Below, in pieces: positions 9,228 through 22,089 of a stretch of 64,000 bases of DNA. Source of the DNA: Gemmatimonadales bacterium (GTDB lineage: Bacteria > Gemmatimonadota > Gemmatimonadetes > Gemmatimonadales > GWC2-71-9); contig JAICWE010000001.1 in NCBI GenBank assembly GCA_025934955.1, positions 1,736 through 65,735 on the forward strand, read 5' to 3'. The notes below the pieces were generated by a model. That model was not told the origin of the DNA and did no database searches. It saw only the letters and a program-made list of their open reading frames with translations. Each line of letters opens with the position of its first letter. The stretch's first letter is position 1. Made by a program: the position numbers and the translations under genes.

Positions 9228-10601
9228 TCAGCGCGGGCCCTTTCGCCGCTCCAGGTCGGTCTCGTGCACGTAGTCCTTGTCGGTATCCTCGAAGTCGAAG
9301 ACCTCGACGCCATGGTGGCTCAGCTCGCGGCCCAGCGTGATCTCGGCGAGCCGCGGCGACACCATCGGGAAGCTCCGCGCAAAGAGTCCGTAGGTCAGCA
9401 GGAACAAGCCCAGGAAGAGAAGCGTGGGACCGATTTCCGGAATGCCGACGACGGGGCCGGGCATCGGCGTCACCGATGGCAGCACGAGCATGTACCGCTC
9501 GAGCCACATGGACACGAGACTGATGGTGGCAAAGAGTCCGAGGGTGAAGCGGTTCTTCTTCGGTGCCACGCCGAGCAGGCCGATGAACGGAATGACGAAG
9601 ACGCCGATGAACACCGCCGACCCGATCGGAAGCCACGGCCCCCAGAGGCGGGCAAAGACGAAGCCGGTCTCCTCCGGCATGTTGCCGTACCAGATCACCA
9701 GGAACTGCGCCCACATGAGATAGGCCCAGAACACGGTGAAGCCGAAGTGCAGCTTGCCGAGGTCGTGCCGCTGCTTCGGCGAGATGAGATCACGGATGCC
9801 GAGCTGCGCGCCGCCGACGATCATCAGCAGCGCGAGCCAGCTGTGGGCGTTGAGGAAGGCGCCCATGAAGAACCAGCCGCCGAGCAGGTTGGAGTACCAG
9901 TGCGGCTGGAGCGCCATGATGCAGTCGAAGGCGACGAGCGTCATCACCGCCGCGTAGAGCACCACGTATTGCGGCCCCGACTTCCGCACTTCGCGCTCGA
10001 CCCACTCCAGCCGGCCCTCGGAGCCGTCGTATCCCGCCGTCAGCCGCTCGAACCGGCGCCGGCGCGATCCGGTGACGGCATCGCGCGCGGCGAACATGTC
10101 GGGGATCATGTCGACCCGCACCAGCCGCGCGCCGAGCCAGGCGAGCAGCAGGAGAGCGATGAAGATCCGGGCGAACATGAAGCCGTGCGAGAGCCAGAGC
10201 TGCTTGCCCGGCGACAGCGTCTCGAGCTGCGCCTGCATCGGGCCGAAGATGGCGTGGTAGCCGGCGGTGAAGATCAGCACCGTCCCGATCAGCGCCACGA
10301 TGAAGAAGCTCCACGCCGCCTCGGCGAAGCGGACAACCAGGCCGGACCAGCGCGCGTTGGTCACCTTCATCACCGCCGCGAAGGCGACGAGACCGGCGGA
10401 GAGACTGGTGAAGTAGAGCCAGTTGACGTGAAAGAGCTGCCACGCCCGGACGCCGCCGTCGGCCGAGCCGAGCGCGCGGAGAAAGAGGATCAGCCCGAGC
10501 ACCGCGAGGCCGCCGCCGACGCCAAGGAACAGATCGTAGCGTCCGGCCACCGAGGCGGCCACGAGGCGGCGGCGGAGACCGCGAGGATTGATGTCGGCCA
10601 T
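9228..10601 (-). CDS. actF: Alternative complex III subunit F (NrfD-like membrane protein)
   Basis: Polytopic; PHWYS, HDLGKL.FGF, QFLVIWYGNMPEE; last gene of the act cluster. Confidence 0.85.
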   Translation of the reverse strand: MADINPRGLRRRLVAASVAGRYDLFLGVGGGLAVLGLILFLRALGSADGGVRAWQLFHVNWLYFTSLSAGLVAFAAVMKVTNARWSGLVVRFAEAAWSFFIVALIGTVLIFTAGYHAIFGPMQAQLETLSPGKQLWLSHGFMFARIFIALLLLAWLGARLVRVDMIPDMFAARDAVTGSRRRRFERLTAGYDGSEGRLEWVEREVRKSGPQYVVLYAAVMTLVAFDCIMALQPHWYSNLLGGWFFMGAFLNAHSWLALLMIVGGAQLGIRDLISPKQRHDLGKLHFGFTVFWAYLMWAQFLVIWYGNMPEETGFVFARLWGPWLPIGSAVFIGVFVIPFIGLLGVAPKKNRFTLGLFATISLVSMWLERYMLVLPSVTPMPGPVVGIPEIGPTLLFLGLFLLTYGLFARSFPMVSPRLAEITLGRELSHHGVEVFDFEDTDKDYVHETDLERRKGPR

Positions 10602-11299
10602 TACTTCCTTCCTCCCGGCGCGGGCGCGGGTGCCGCCGCCGAAGCCGGCGGCGCGGGCGGCGCGGCCTCCGCCTGGAGCTTCCGTACGTAGTCCACCACC
10701 GCCCAGCGATCCATCGGATCATGGACCTTGTCGCCGTAGCGGGGCATGACGCCGCGGCCGTAGCGGATAATCGAGTAGATGTAGCCGTCGCTGAAGGCGC
10801 GGGCCCGGTCGGTGACGAGCGGCGGCGCGCCGATCTTGGGCGACACCGGCCCGTTGGCCATGCCGGTGGGACCGTGGCAGACGGCGCAATACGTATGGAA
10901 CAGCGTGTCGCCGCGGGCCTCGACGGTGGCCGGGATCTGCGGCGTCATGGGACCGTCACGCCGCGCCTGCTCCGGAATCGGCGTCGCGCCGGGCTTGGTG
11001 AGGTTGACCAGGCGGTCCGCCGTCGTCGTCTTGCCCGTCGCCCACTCGGCGGACCAGTCGGCCTCGCCGCCGGTAATCGGAACCGTGCCGTCCGGCGTAT
11101 TGCGCGGGATGTCGGCGCGGGAGTAGGGGTGTACCGATTTCTGGTAGATCATGTGGTCGAACCACGGGATCGCGTGCATCAGGTCGTCGGGCGACCACAG
11201 ATCGTTGTAGTACCAGTCGCAGCCGGCCAGCAGCGCCAGCGCGGCCGCGGCGAGCGCGGTCCGCAGCGTCAGCGCGGGGATCCGCTTACGGCGCCGCAT
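10601..11299 (-). CDS. actE: Alternative complex III subunit E, monoheme cytochrome c lipoprotein
   Basis: Lipobox LAGC, CAVCH, GRGVMP, DRWAVVDY; GGAGG RBS. Confidence 0.85.
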   Translation of the reverse strand: MRRRKRIPALTLRTALAAAALALLAGCDWYYNDLWSPDDLMHAIPWFDHMIYQKSVHPYSRADIPRNTPDGTVPITGGEADWSAEWATGKTTTADRLVNLTKPGATPIPEQARRDGPMTPQIPATVEARGDTLFHTYCAVCHGPTGMANGPVSPKIGAPPLVTDRARAFSDGYIYSIIRYGRGVMPRYGDKVHDPMDRWAVVDYVRKLQAEAAPPAPPASAAAPAPAPGGRK

Positions 11300-11822
11300 G
11301 CCGCACCTCCACCGCACCGGCGTTCCGCAGCATGAGCTCGAGCGCGCCGCTCTGGGCGCGATCGGCGGGGACGAAGACGCCGATGCGATCGTCGGAGAAG
11401 CGGCCGTCGTAGATCACGCCGCGCCGGCCGAGCCCGACGGAGAGCACCGCGACGCCGAACAGCGTCACCAGCGCACTGGTCAGCACCGTCAGCTCGAACA
11501 TGATCACGACGAACGCCGGCATGGCGACGATCGCCTTGCCGCCGACCAGCACCGGCCAGTCGCGGTTCATCCAGATCTGCATGCAGGTCGCCGCGGTGAG
11601 CCCGACGATGCCGCCGACCAGCGTGAACAGCCGCACCGGACTCACCTTCGCCTCCAGCGCCTCTTCGATCGAGTGATTCGGGTGCGCCACGTAGACCGTG
11701 AGCTTCCGGTGCCCCTTGCCGCGGAGCGCCTTGATCGCATCCACCGCGGCGTCGATGTGCTCGAATGACGCGAGCACGCCGGGCACCGTCGCCGGTTTGC
11801 GGAACGGATTGGGGAGCGCCAT
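11286..11822 (-). CDS. actD: Alternative complex III subunit D (DUF3341)
   Basis: C-terminal part of ORF 11286..14054: two TM helices, WPVLVGGK, FELTVL, DGRFSDDR. Confidence 0.85.
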   Translation of the reverse strand: MALPNPFRKPATVPGVLASFEHIDAAVDAIKALRGKGHRKLTVYVAHPNHSIEEALEAKVSPVRLFTLVGGIVGLTAATCMQIWMNRDWPVLVGGKAIVAMPAFVVIMFELTVLTSALVTLFGVAVLSVGLGRRGVIYDGRFSDDRIGVFVPADRAQSGALELMLRNAGAVEVRHAAP

Positions 11823-13186
11823 CAGTGGCCTCCGTGCGCGTCGGGATGCAGCCGCGGCATCGGAATCATCTCCTTGACTTCCTGGATCGCCACGATGGGG
11901 AAGCTCCGCGCGAAGAGGAGGAACCACATCCCGAACCAGCCGAACGAGCCGGCGAGGATGCCCCAGTCGGACCAGGTCGGGTTCAGCACGCCCCACGCCC
12001 ACGGCACGTAGTCGTTGGAGAGCGAGGAGACGATGATGACCCAGCGCTCGAACCACATCCCGATGTTGATGAAGATCGAGATGACGAACAGCGACGTCAG
12101 GTTGGTGCGGATCTTCCGGAACCAGAGCAGCTGCGACACCAGCGCATTGCAGGTGATCATGGTCCAGCCCGACCACCACTGCGCGCCGAACGGCCGCAGG
12201 AAGAACGTCGTCTGCTCGAAGGTGTTGCCGCTGTACCAGGAGACGAAGTACTCCATCGAGTAGGAGTAGAACAGGATCGAGCCGGTCAGCAGCGTCAGCT
12301 TGGAGAGGTTGTCGAAGTGATAGTCGGTGATCATGTGCTCGAGCCGCAGGTGCTTCCGGAGCGGAATGAGCAGCGTGAACACCATGCCGACGCCGGAGTA
12401 GATGGCGCCGGCCACAAAGTACGGAGCGAAGATCGTTCCGTGCCAGCCCGGGATGATCGAGCTGGCGAAGTCCCACGACACCACCGAGTGCACCGAGAGG
12501 ACCAGCGGCGTCGCCAGCGCGGCGAGATAGAGGTACGCGCGCGAGTAGTGCCGCCACTGGTTGTCGGTGCCCTGCCATCCCATGCTGAGCTGGCCGTAGA
12601 TGAAGCGGCGCCAGCCGGTGACCTTGTCGCGCACCGCGGCGACGTCGGGAATCAGGCCGAAGATCAGGAACGTCGTCGACACCGTGAGGTAGGTGGAGAT
12701 GGCGAACACGTCCCACAGGAGCGGCGACTTGAAATTGGGCCAGAGGTAGCGCTGGTTCGGGTAGGGCAGCAGCCAGTAGAAGATCCACTGCCGGCCGATG
12801 TGGATGATCGGGAAGAGGCCGGCGGTCATGACGGCGAAGACCGTCATCGCCTCGGTGACGCGATACACCGCCGTGCGCCACGGCGACCGGAACAGGAAGA
12901 GGATCGCCGAGATCAGCGTTCCCGCGTGGCCGATGCCGACCCAGAACACGAACGTCGTGATGTACACCGACCACATCACCGGCGGATTGTAGCCCGAGTG
13001 GCCGAGGCCGTCCTTGATGATGATGGTGAAGGTGACGATGCCGATGAGGAGCAGGAAGACCGCGCCGAACACGGCGAGGTAGTAGCTCCGCGGCGGCGTC
13101 TCCAGCGTGCGCACGATGTCGCGGGTGACTTCCGCGTGGGTCTGCGTCATCACCGGCTCGATCTTCGACCGAAGGACAGTCGCCAT
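11822..13186 (-). CDS. actC: Alternative complex III subunit C (NrfD/PsrC quinol-binding)
   Basis: FVFWVGIGHAGTLISAIL, SPLLWDVFA, SVHSVVSWDF, GMWFER. Confidence 0.92.
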   Translation of the reverse strand: MATVLRSKIEPVMTQTHAEVTRDIVRTLETPPRSYYLAVFGAVFLLLIGIVTFTIIIKDGLGHSGYNPPVMWSVYITTFVFWVGIGHAGTLISAILFLFRSPWRTAVYRVTEAMTVFAVMTAGLFPIIHIGRQWIFYWLLPYPNQRYLWPNFKSPLLWDVFAISTYLTVSTTFLIFGLIPDVAAVRDKVTGWRRFIYGQLSMGWQGTDNQWRHYSRAYLYLAALATPLVLSVHSVVSWDFASSIIPGWHGTIFAPYFVAGAIYSGVGMVFTLLIPLRKHLRLEHMITDYHFDNLSKLTLLTGSILFYSYSMEYFVSWYSGNTFEQTTFFLRPFGAQWWSGWTMITCNALVSQLLWFRKIRTNLTSLFVISIFINIGMWFERWVIIVSSLSNDYVPWAWGVLNPTWSDWGILAGSFGWFGMWFLLFARSFPIVAIQEVKEMIPMPRLHPDAHGGH

Positions 13187-13189
13187 CCC

Positions 13190-16186
<2,997 letters not shown>

Positions 16187-16213
16187 CTCTCCGGGGAGAT
16201 CGCGAGCTTCACG

Positions 16214-16807
16214 TCAGTAGTGGCAGGCCGAGCAGTCGCGGGTCACCTTGCGCTCGAGGTGGCAGTTGATGCACCACCCCATGTTGTTCACGTTGTTCAC
16301 CTTGTACACCTGCGGCATGCGCGCGATGTCCCCGTGACAGGTGGCGCAGGCCACCGGGCCCATCGCCTTGATGTGCTGACTGTGGGGGAAATGCACGTGC
16401 CGCGCGAGGTAGTGGACGCGGGTCCACTCGATCGGCTTCTTGTCGGCCCATGCCTGGCGGACCTTCTTGATCTCGGCCTTGTTGGCGCTGTCGCTGCCGC
16501 CGATGACGAGATGACAACCCATGCAGGTCTGCATCGAGGGGATGCCGGGCTCGTTGGAGACGGCGACGGAGTAATGGCAGTACTGGCACTGGATCTTGTA
16601 GGCGCCGGCGTGGAGATCGTGCCGGAAGAAGACCGGCTGGCGCGGACCCTTGAGCTTGGCGGAGTCGCCTTTGGCGATGACCGGGGCGGCGATGGAATCG
16701 GCGGTGCGTGCCGGGGCCTGCTGCGCGCGGGCCGGCGTACCGGCAACGAACGCGGCGACGATGGCGACCGTCGCCGCGCGAGCCACGCTGACAAACAGCT
16801 TTCGCAT
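16214..16807 (-). CDS. actA: Alternative complex III subunit A, pentaheme cytochrome c
   Basis: Five CxxCH motifs (CQYCH, CMGCH, CATCH, CINCH, CSACH); NMGWC; first gene of the cluster. Confidence 0.88.
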   Translation of the reverse strand: MRKLFVSVARAATVAIVAAFVAGTPARAQQAPARTADSIAAPVIAKGDSAKLKGPRQPVFFRHDLHAGAYKIQCQYCHYSVAVSNEPGIPSMQTCMGCHLVIGGSDSANKAEIKKVRQAWADKKPIEWTRVHYLARHVHFPHSQHIKAMGPVACATCHGDIARMPQVYKVNNVNNMGWCINCHLERKVTRDCSACHY

Positions 16808-16943
16808 TATCGCTAGACCACCGCTGAGAGAGTCCGTTGGACGATCGAACGAACCTACGGCGCGTGCGGGCGCCGAAACATAGTCAGCACTCGACTTTCA
16901 TCAACTGGCACAACATGCTAGCAATCCGACAACTTCATTCGGA

Positions 16944-17705
16944 TTACTGCAGGTCGCGAGCGCGTGCCCGGCGCTCCAGAAACCGCACGACTTCGATGCC
17001 CATGGCGCGAAGGAGGGACGCCTCGCGGCCGTCGAGGTCGGCGCGGAAGAGGACCTCGCGGAGCGAGCGCATGACGTGCTCCGGGTGGCGGGTCTTGAAG
17101 AAGTCGATGGCGTCGAGCGCGCGCTCCCAGTCGGCGAAGATCGCCTCGAGCTGGGCGCCGGTGGCGGGGTCGGCGACGTTGCGCGGCGGTTTGATGGGAA
17201 CGGCGTCCCCGCCCCGCGCGACCCACACCTCGTACAGCATGATCCCGACCGCCTGGGCCAGGTTGAGCGAGCTGTGGGTGGGAGTGGTGCTGATGGTGAC
17301 GAGGGTGCCGCAGCGGTCGAGCTCGTCGTTGGTGAGCCCGCTGTCCTCGCGGCCCGCCACCACCGCGACCGGTCCCGCACCGCGCTCGGCCCAGGCCGCG
17401 ACCTCGGCCGCGGCGGCGCGGGGGCGGAGCGTACGGCGCTTGGCGGCGCGCTCCCGCCCGGTGAGCACGGCGCTGTGGACGCAGTCGGCGAGCGCCGACT
17501 CGAGTGACGGGTGGACTTCGATGCCGGCGACGAAGTCCGCGGTGTTGTGGGCGATGCCCTCGATCCGCCACCGGTCCAGCTCGATCTCGGGGCTCACCAC
17601 CCGCATCCGCGCGACGCCGAAGTTGCAGGCGAGCCGGACACAGCTCGCGACGTTGACCAGGTCCTGCGGCGCGACGAGTACGAGGATGAGTGCCGAACCG
17701 CTCAA
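16944..17705 (-). CDS. trmJ: TrmJ/LasT-family SPOUT RNA methyltransferase
   Basis: GREDSGLTNDEL and SSLNLAQAV. Confidence 0.85.
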   Translation of the reverse strand: MSGSALILVLVAPQDLVNVASCVRLACNFGVARMRVVSPEIELDRWRIEGIAHNTADFVAGIEVHPSLESALADCVHSAVLTGRERAAKRRTLRPRAAAAEVAAWAERGAGPVAVVAGREDSGLTNDELDRCGTLVTISTTPTHSSLNLAQAVGIMLYEVWVARGGDAVPIKPPRNVADPATGAQLEAIFADWERALDAIDFFKTRHPEHVMRSLREVLFRADLDGREASLLRAMGIEVVRFLERRARARDLQ

Positions 17706-19198
17706 GCGCTCTCGCCCAGCCAGCTCGTGTCGTGCCGCTTGGCCTTGAGCGAGGCGACGAAGCCGGATTTCTCCACCGCCTTCATGTACGCTTCGCGCGG
17801 CTCGACCAGCTTCTGGTCCACCAGCTCCATCAAGGCATCATTGAGCGTCACCATGCCGCCCTTGCGGTTGGTCTGCATGATGGACGGGATCTGGAACGTC
17901 TTGCCTTCGCGGATCAGGTTGGTGATCGCGGGAATCGAGAGCAGGATCTCCCGGGCCGCGACCCGGCCGCCGCCGATCTTCCGCACCAGCGTCTGCGCCA
18001 CCACACCCTTGAGCGACTCGGCGAGCATCACCCGGATCTGCGCCTGCCGGTCGGCCGGGAACTGATCGATGATGCGGTCGATGGTGCCGGCCGCCGTGGT
18101 GGTGTGGAGCGTGCCGAAGACGAGGTGCCCCGTCTCCGCCGTCTCGATGGCGATGGACACCGTCTCGAGGTCGCGCATCTCGCCGACCAGGATGACGTCG
18201 GGATCCTCGCGCAGCGCGGCGCGGAGCGCCTGCTTGAAGCCGCGGGTGTGCCGGCCCACCTCGCGCTGGGTCACCACGCACTTCTTTCCCTGGTGCACGA
18301 ACTCGATCGGGTCCTCGATGGTGAGGATGTGATCGGAGCGGGTGCGGTTCACCAGGTCCACCATCGCCGCGAGCGTGGTGGACTTCCCGGAGCCGGTGGG
18401 GCCGGTGACGACGACCAGTCCCTTGCTCAGGTGGCAGAGCGCCTGCACCTCGCGGCTCAACCCGAGCTCGTCGGTGGTCGGCAGCTTCGAGGCGATCACG
18501 CGGGTGACGAGCAGCGGCCCGTGCCGGTCGCGGCCGGCGTTGCAGCGGAACCGGGCGAGGCCGGCGATCTCGTAGGCCCAATCGGCATCGCCGCTCTCCC
18601 GATACTCGGTCGCTTCGCGAGGCTCCATGATGCTGTCGATCATGTCGCCGAGGCGCTCCGCCGTGTAGGCGGGGCCGTCGTGCCGGACCAGCTCGCCGTG
18701 GCGGCGGAAGACAGCGGGCTCGCCGGCGCGAAGGTGCAGATCGCTGGCAGCGCTCTCGACCAGCACGCGCAGCAGCTCCTCGACATCCGTCCGGGCCTGC
18801 GCCCGGCGCTCCGCCGCCGCCGGCGACTCGGTGACCGTCGCGGTGGCCGCGGCGGTGGCGGCGCGCACGCCGTCGGAAGCGGCGGCGCCGTTCCCGGTGC
18901 CTGCCGGGCGCACCGTGGCGACCAGGCCGCCGGCACCCGACGCCAGCTCCACGTCCACTGCGCCCGATGGCGACGCATAGGGGAAGCTGAGCTGCGCCCG
19001 CGGCGTGACGTCGCCGGCCAGGGGCGCCGGCGCGATCTCGCGCACCAGCGCCACGATCTGCGCGTCGCTCAGCGCTTCCTTGGTGAGCGGGCGGTTGCCG
19101 CCCTGCGCGACCAACGCCGCGACGGTGCCGGCGCCGAGCCGCAGCGCGTCGGCCCGCTGCTCGTGCAGGATCTGGATGAAGCGGTCGAGTCGGGCCAC
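17702..19198 (-). CDS. pilT: Type IV pilus retraction ATPase PilT/PilU family with N-terminal extension
   Basis: GPTGSGKST, TIEDPIE, ALREDPDVILVGEMRD, GHLVFGTLH, AITNLIRE. Confidence 0.9.
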   Translation of the reverse strand: MARLDRFIQILHEQRADALRLGAGTVAALVAQGGNRPLTKEALSDAQIVALVREIAPAPLAGDVTPRAQLSFPYASPSGAVDVELASGAGGLVATVRPAGTGNGAAASDGVRAATAAATATVTESPAAAERRAQARTDVEELLRVLVESAASDLHLRAGEPAVFRRHGELVRHDGPAYTAERLGDMIDSIMEPREATEYRESGDADWAYEIAGLARFRCNAGRDRHGPLLVTRVIASKLPTTDELGLSREVQALCHLSKGLVVVTGPTGSGKSTTLAAMVDLVNRTRSDHILTIEDPIEFVHQGKKCVVTQREVGRHTRGFKQALRAALREDPDVILVGEMRDLETVSIAIETAETGHLVFGTLHTTTAAGTIDRIIDQFPADRQAQIRVMLAESLKGVVAQTLVRKIGGGRVAAREILLSIPAITNLIREGKTFQIPSIMQTNRKGGMVTLNDALMELVDQKLVEPREAYMKAVEKSGFVASLKAKRHDTSWLGESA

Positions 19199-19212
19199 GG
19201 GTCGCTCGGCTC

Positions 19213-19683
19213 TCAGTCGAGGGGATGCACCAGCCGCACGTGCGCGCGGTTGATGTAGCAGGTGACGTCGTCGGTCAGGATCATGAAAAAGCGGTCCGAA
19301 CTGTTGAGGTAATCCAGGAGGCGGCCGCGCGTCGGCGGCAGCTCGACGCTGGTCCAGCCCCGCACCTCATGGCGACCCGCCAGCTCGACCCGGAGCTCCA
19401 CCCGCAGCTCGAAGCGCTTGGCCGCGCTGGCCCGCTCGGGATCGGCGAGCAGCATGCCGGGCGGGCAGTTCACCTGCACCACCTGCGCCTTGGAGACGAA
19501 CACGACGCCGCCGTCCTGCGTGAGCGGGACGAAGCCGTCGGCCCGGTTCAACAGCTCGAGCGGCGTCTCCCGCCCCTCGTGCAGCGCGGCCTGCGGTTGG
19601 AGATGGAGATCGCCCTCGACGCTGCTGCCGTCCAGCAGCAGCAGCTCCGCCGCGACCCGCTCGGTGACCGCCCAGTCGCTCAC
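19213..19683 (-). CDS. Hypothetical protein with two similar small beta domains (DUF6812-like)
   Basis: Repeated L.LN...F..L...F/Y.x.K/R..V pattern; GTG start. Confidence 0.6.
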   Translation of the reverse strand: MSDWAVTERVAAELLLLDGSSVEGDLHLQPQAALHEGRETPLELLNRADGFVPLTQDGGVVFVSKAQVVQVNCPPGMLLADPERASAAKRFELRVELRVELAGRHEVRGWTSVELPPTRGRLLDYLNSSDRFFMILTDDVTCYINRAHVRLVHPLD

Positions 19684-19696
19684 GCACCGCTCCGGT

Positions 19697-20191
19697 TCAG
19701 GTGACCCCTGCCCCGCCGGCGACCGCGGCGAGGGCCGCGCCGTCGAGCCGACAGCTCTGCCAGTCGTCCAGCGCTTCCGCACCCATCCTGTGATAGAAAT
19801 CGGTCGCCGGCGTATTCCACTTGAGCACCTGCCACTCCATCCGCCCGCACCCGCGGCACCGCGCCTCCGCGGCGACCGCACGGAACAGCGCGCCGCCCGC
19901 ACCGCGGCGGCGGGCGGACGAGAGGACGAAGAGATCCTCGAGAAAGAGCGTCGGGCGCGCAAGGAACGTGGAGTAGGTCTCGAAGAATACGGCGTAGCCC
20001 GCCGGCGCGCCGTCCACCAGTGCGAGCAGACAGTCGAACCGCGGCCGCACGCCGAACGCGTCGGCCAGGAGCCGCTCGCGGGCGCCGGCATCGGGCCGCG
20101 CCAGCCGCTCGTAGTCGGCGAGGCCGTCCACCAGATCGAGCAGCGCCGGGCCATCGGCGGCGGTCGCGCGACGAAGCGCGACGCGGTTCAC
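19697..20191 (-). CDS. GNAT N-acetyltransferase (diamine acetyltransferase-like)
   Basis: YSTF, LFLEDLFV, RRRGAG, WQVLKWN.PA..FY; GTGA overlap with the upstream gene. Confidence 0.85.
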   Translation of the reverse strand: MNRVALRRATAADGPALLDLVDGLADYERLARPDAGARERLLADAFGVRPRFDCLLALVDGAPAGYAVFFETYSTFLARPTLFLEDLFVLSSARRRGAGGALFRAVAAEARCRGCGRMEWQVLKWNTPATDFYHRMGAEALDDWQSCRLDGAALAAVAGGAGVT

Positions 20192-21087
20192 CCGCGGAGC
20201 TCCACGCCGGCCTGTCGCTCGATCAGCTTGATCGCCTCGAGGTAGTCGGCCCGCTCGCCCAGCGCGGCGCGAGCGGCGTGCATCAGCGCGCCGGTCTGCT
20301 CCAGCAGCGGCCCGTCGACGCCGGTCTCGTGCAGCAGGCCGGTCGCGATGCCGACGTCCTTGTCGAGCAGCGCGAGCCGGAAGGTGTTGGGCCATTGCCC
20401 CGTCAGCACCCGCTCGGGCACCAGCACCTCGCTCACGAAGGAGCGGCCGCTCGAGCTGTTGAGTGCTTCGATCGCCTTCCGCGGCGCGACGCCGGCCTTG
20501 GCCAGCGCGGCGACGCCCTCACCCACGGCGATGATGTTGAGCGCGAGCAGCGCGTTGTTCACCGCCTTCATCGCGTCGCCCGCGCCGATCGGACCGAGGT
20601 GCTCGATGCGCTGGCCGAACGCGTCGAGCACCGGCCGCGCCCGCGCGAACACCGCGTCGCTCGCGCCTACCATCACCGTGAGCTTCGCCGCCTCGGCGCC
20701 GTTGGTGCCACCGCTCACCGGCGCGTCGGCGAAGTCCACGCCCTTCGCCGCAAGCCGCTCGGCGATGCGGCGTGACGTGGCGGGGTCGCCCGAGGTGCAG
20801 TCGAGCAGCAGCGCCCCGCGGGTGAAACCGGCGAGCAGGCCGTCGGTCCCGTCGAGCAGACTCGCGACGTCGGCGGAGGTGGAGAGGCAGGTGACGACGA
20901 CGTCGCTCGCGGCGGCGAGCTCGCGCGGCGTGGCGACCGCAGTCGCCTTCTCGGCGCGGGCAAACTCCTGGGCGACCGACGCGGTGCGGTTCCATACGGT
21001 GAGTCCGCCGCGGCGTGCGAGATGGACCGCCATCGGGCGACCGATGGCACCGAGTCCGGCGAAGCCGATTCGGGCTGTGGCAGGCAT
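20188..21087 (-). CDS. NAD(P)-dependent beta-hydroxyacid dehydrogenase (3-hydroxyisobutyrate dehydrogenase family)
   Basis: GLGAIG, DAPVSGG, KAVNN, KDVG. Confidence 0.9.
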   Translation of the reverse strand: MPATARIGFAGLGAIGRPMAVHLARRGGLTVWNRTASVAQEFARAEKATAVATPRELAAASDVVVTCLSTSADVASLLDGTDGLLAGFTRGALLLDCTSGDPATSRRIAERLAAKGVDFADAPVSGGTNGAEAAKLTVMVGASDAVFARARPVLDAFGQRIEHLGPIGAGDAMKAVNNALLALNIIAVGEGVAALAKAGVAPRKAIEALNSSSGRSFVSEVLVPERVLTGQWPNTFRLALLDKDVGIATGLLHETGVDGPLLEQTGALMHAARAALGERADYLEAIKLIERQAGVELRG

Positions 21088-21113
21088 GGGAACAAGATAG
21101 CAGGTGGGCAAAG

Positions 21114-21150
21114 GGAACGGCCCCGGGGCGCGGGGCTCCGGGGCCGTTCC
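21114..21150 (-). terminator. Intrinsic terminator after the Phi-1-like gene
   Basis: 13-bp stem GGAACGGCCCCGG / CCGGGGCCGTTCC followed by CTTT on the minus strand. Confidence 0.7.
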
Positions 21151-21186
21151 GACCAGCGCGCCCGGACGAGCCGGGCGGAAGTTGCG

Positions 21187-22089
21187 CTAGTGCCCGTCGA
21201 GGCAGCCCTTCTGGCCGCTGCGGTTCGGGTAGCCAGTGCCGGTGTCGAACGCCTTGTTCGACCACTCGCCCTGCACCTTCCACCTGGTGCCGTTGCTGAA
21301 CGTCACCGAGGCGACGTTGAACGTCCAAGCGCACTTGTCACCGTTCTCCGCGCCCTGGCGATCGTACCAGCCGCCCTGCACGTCGGGATCTGTGCGCGCC
21401 TCGGAGAGCTCGTGCGCCGCCACGTTGGCGAGCGCAGCGAGACCCTGGCTGTGGCCGGTCGTGTTGTCCACCGGATCGCAGCCGGCATCGCCGTCGAGCT
21501 TCCAGAAAAAGGCGAACTGCACGCCGACGCCGTTGCAGGTGCCGTGGCTGTGCCAGGCGCAGTAGCCGGCGTTGCCGCGCGGAAGGTCGGTGTACACCGA
21601 GTAGTAGCCGTTCGCGACGGGGTTCGTGATCACCTTGCAGACTTCGGCGAGGATCGCACCCGTATTGCCGCCGCCGGACGCCGCAGTCGCGTCAATGATG
21701 TGACTGCCGGCCGTCACCGTATTTCCGACCGTTCCATTGGTGCCGGTGTACTCATCACTGGTCTTGGCGTAATTGCTGCCGCTGTAGCCCCCCATGAAGG
21801 CGTCGAGGCCGGTGATCTTATCACCGCTGTAATTCGCCCACGACGTGCCCCAGAAAATGTTCTGGCTCACCACCGACGTCATGATCGGCCCGTTATGCCA
21901 GATCATGTCCGCCGACCCGGGCTTCCGCCCCGCCTGGCCCTTGGCGTAGAACACGTGAGTGCGGGGACCGGTTGCGAGTTCGGTCCGGTCTTCGGCGATG
22001 CTCTGCGTCGGACTGGTCGGCTGCTGCGAGTTGTCACTACAGGCGGCCGCCAGCGACAGAGCGGCCACGATGGTCCAGCGTGCGCGCAC
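21187..22089 (-). CDS. Secreted lipoprotein, Phi-1/EXORDIUM-like
   Basis: Lipobox LAAAC; WHNGPIM, GYCAWHS, AHELSEARTDP, GWYD, ENGDKCAW; GGAGG RBS before GTG 22089. Confidence 0.65.
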   Translation of the reverse strand: MRARWTIVAALSLAAACSDNSQQPTSPTQSIAEDRTELATGPRTHVFYAKGQAGRKPGSADMIWHNGPIMTSVVSQNIFWGTSWANYSGDKITGLDAFMGGYSGSNYAKTSDEYTGTNGTVGNTVTAGSHIIDATAASGGGNTGAILAEVCKVITNPVANGYYSVYTDLPRGNAGYCAWHSHGTCNGVGVQFAFFWKLDGDAGCDPVDNTTGHSQGLAALANVAAHELSEARTDPDVQGGWYDRQGAENGDKCAWTFNVASVTFSNGTRWKVQGEWSNKAFDTGTGYPNRSGQKGCLDGH

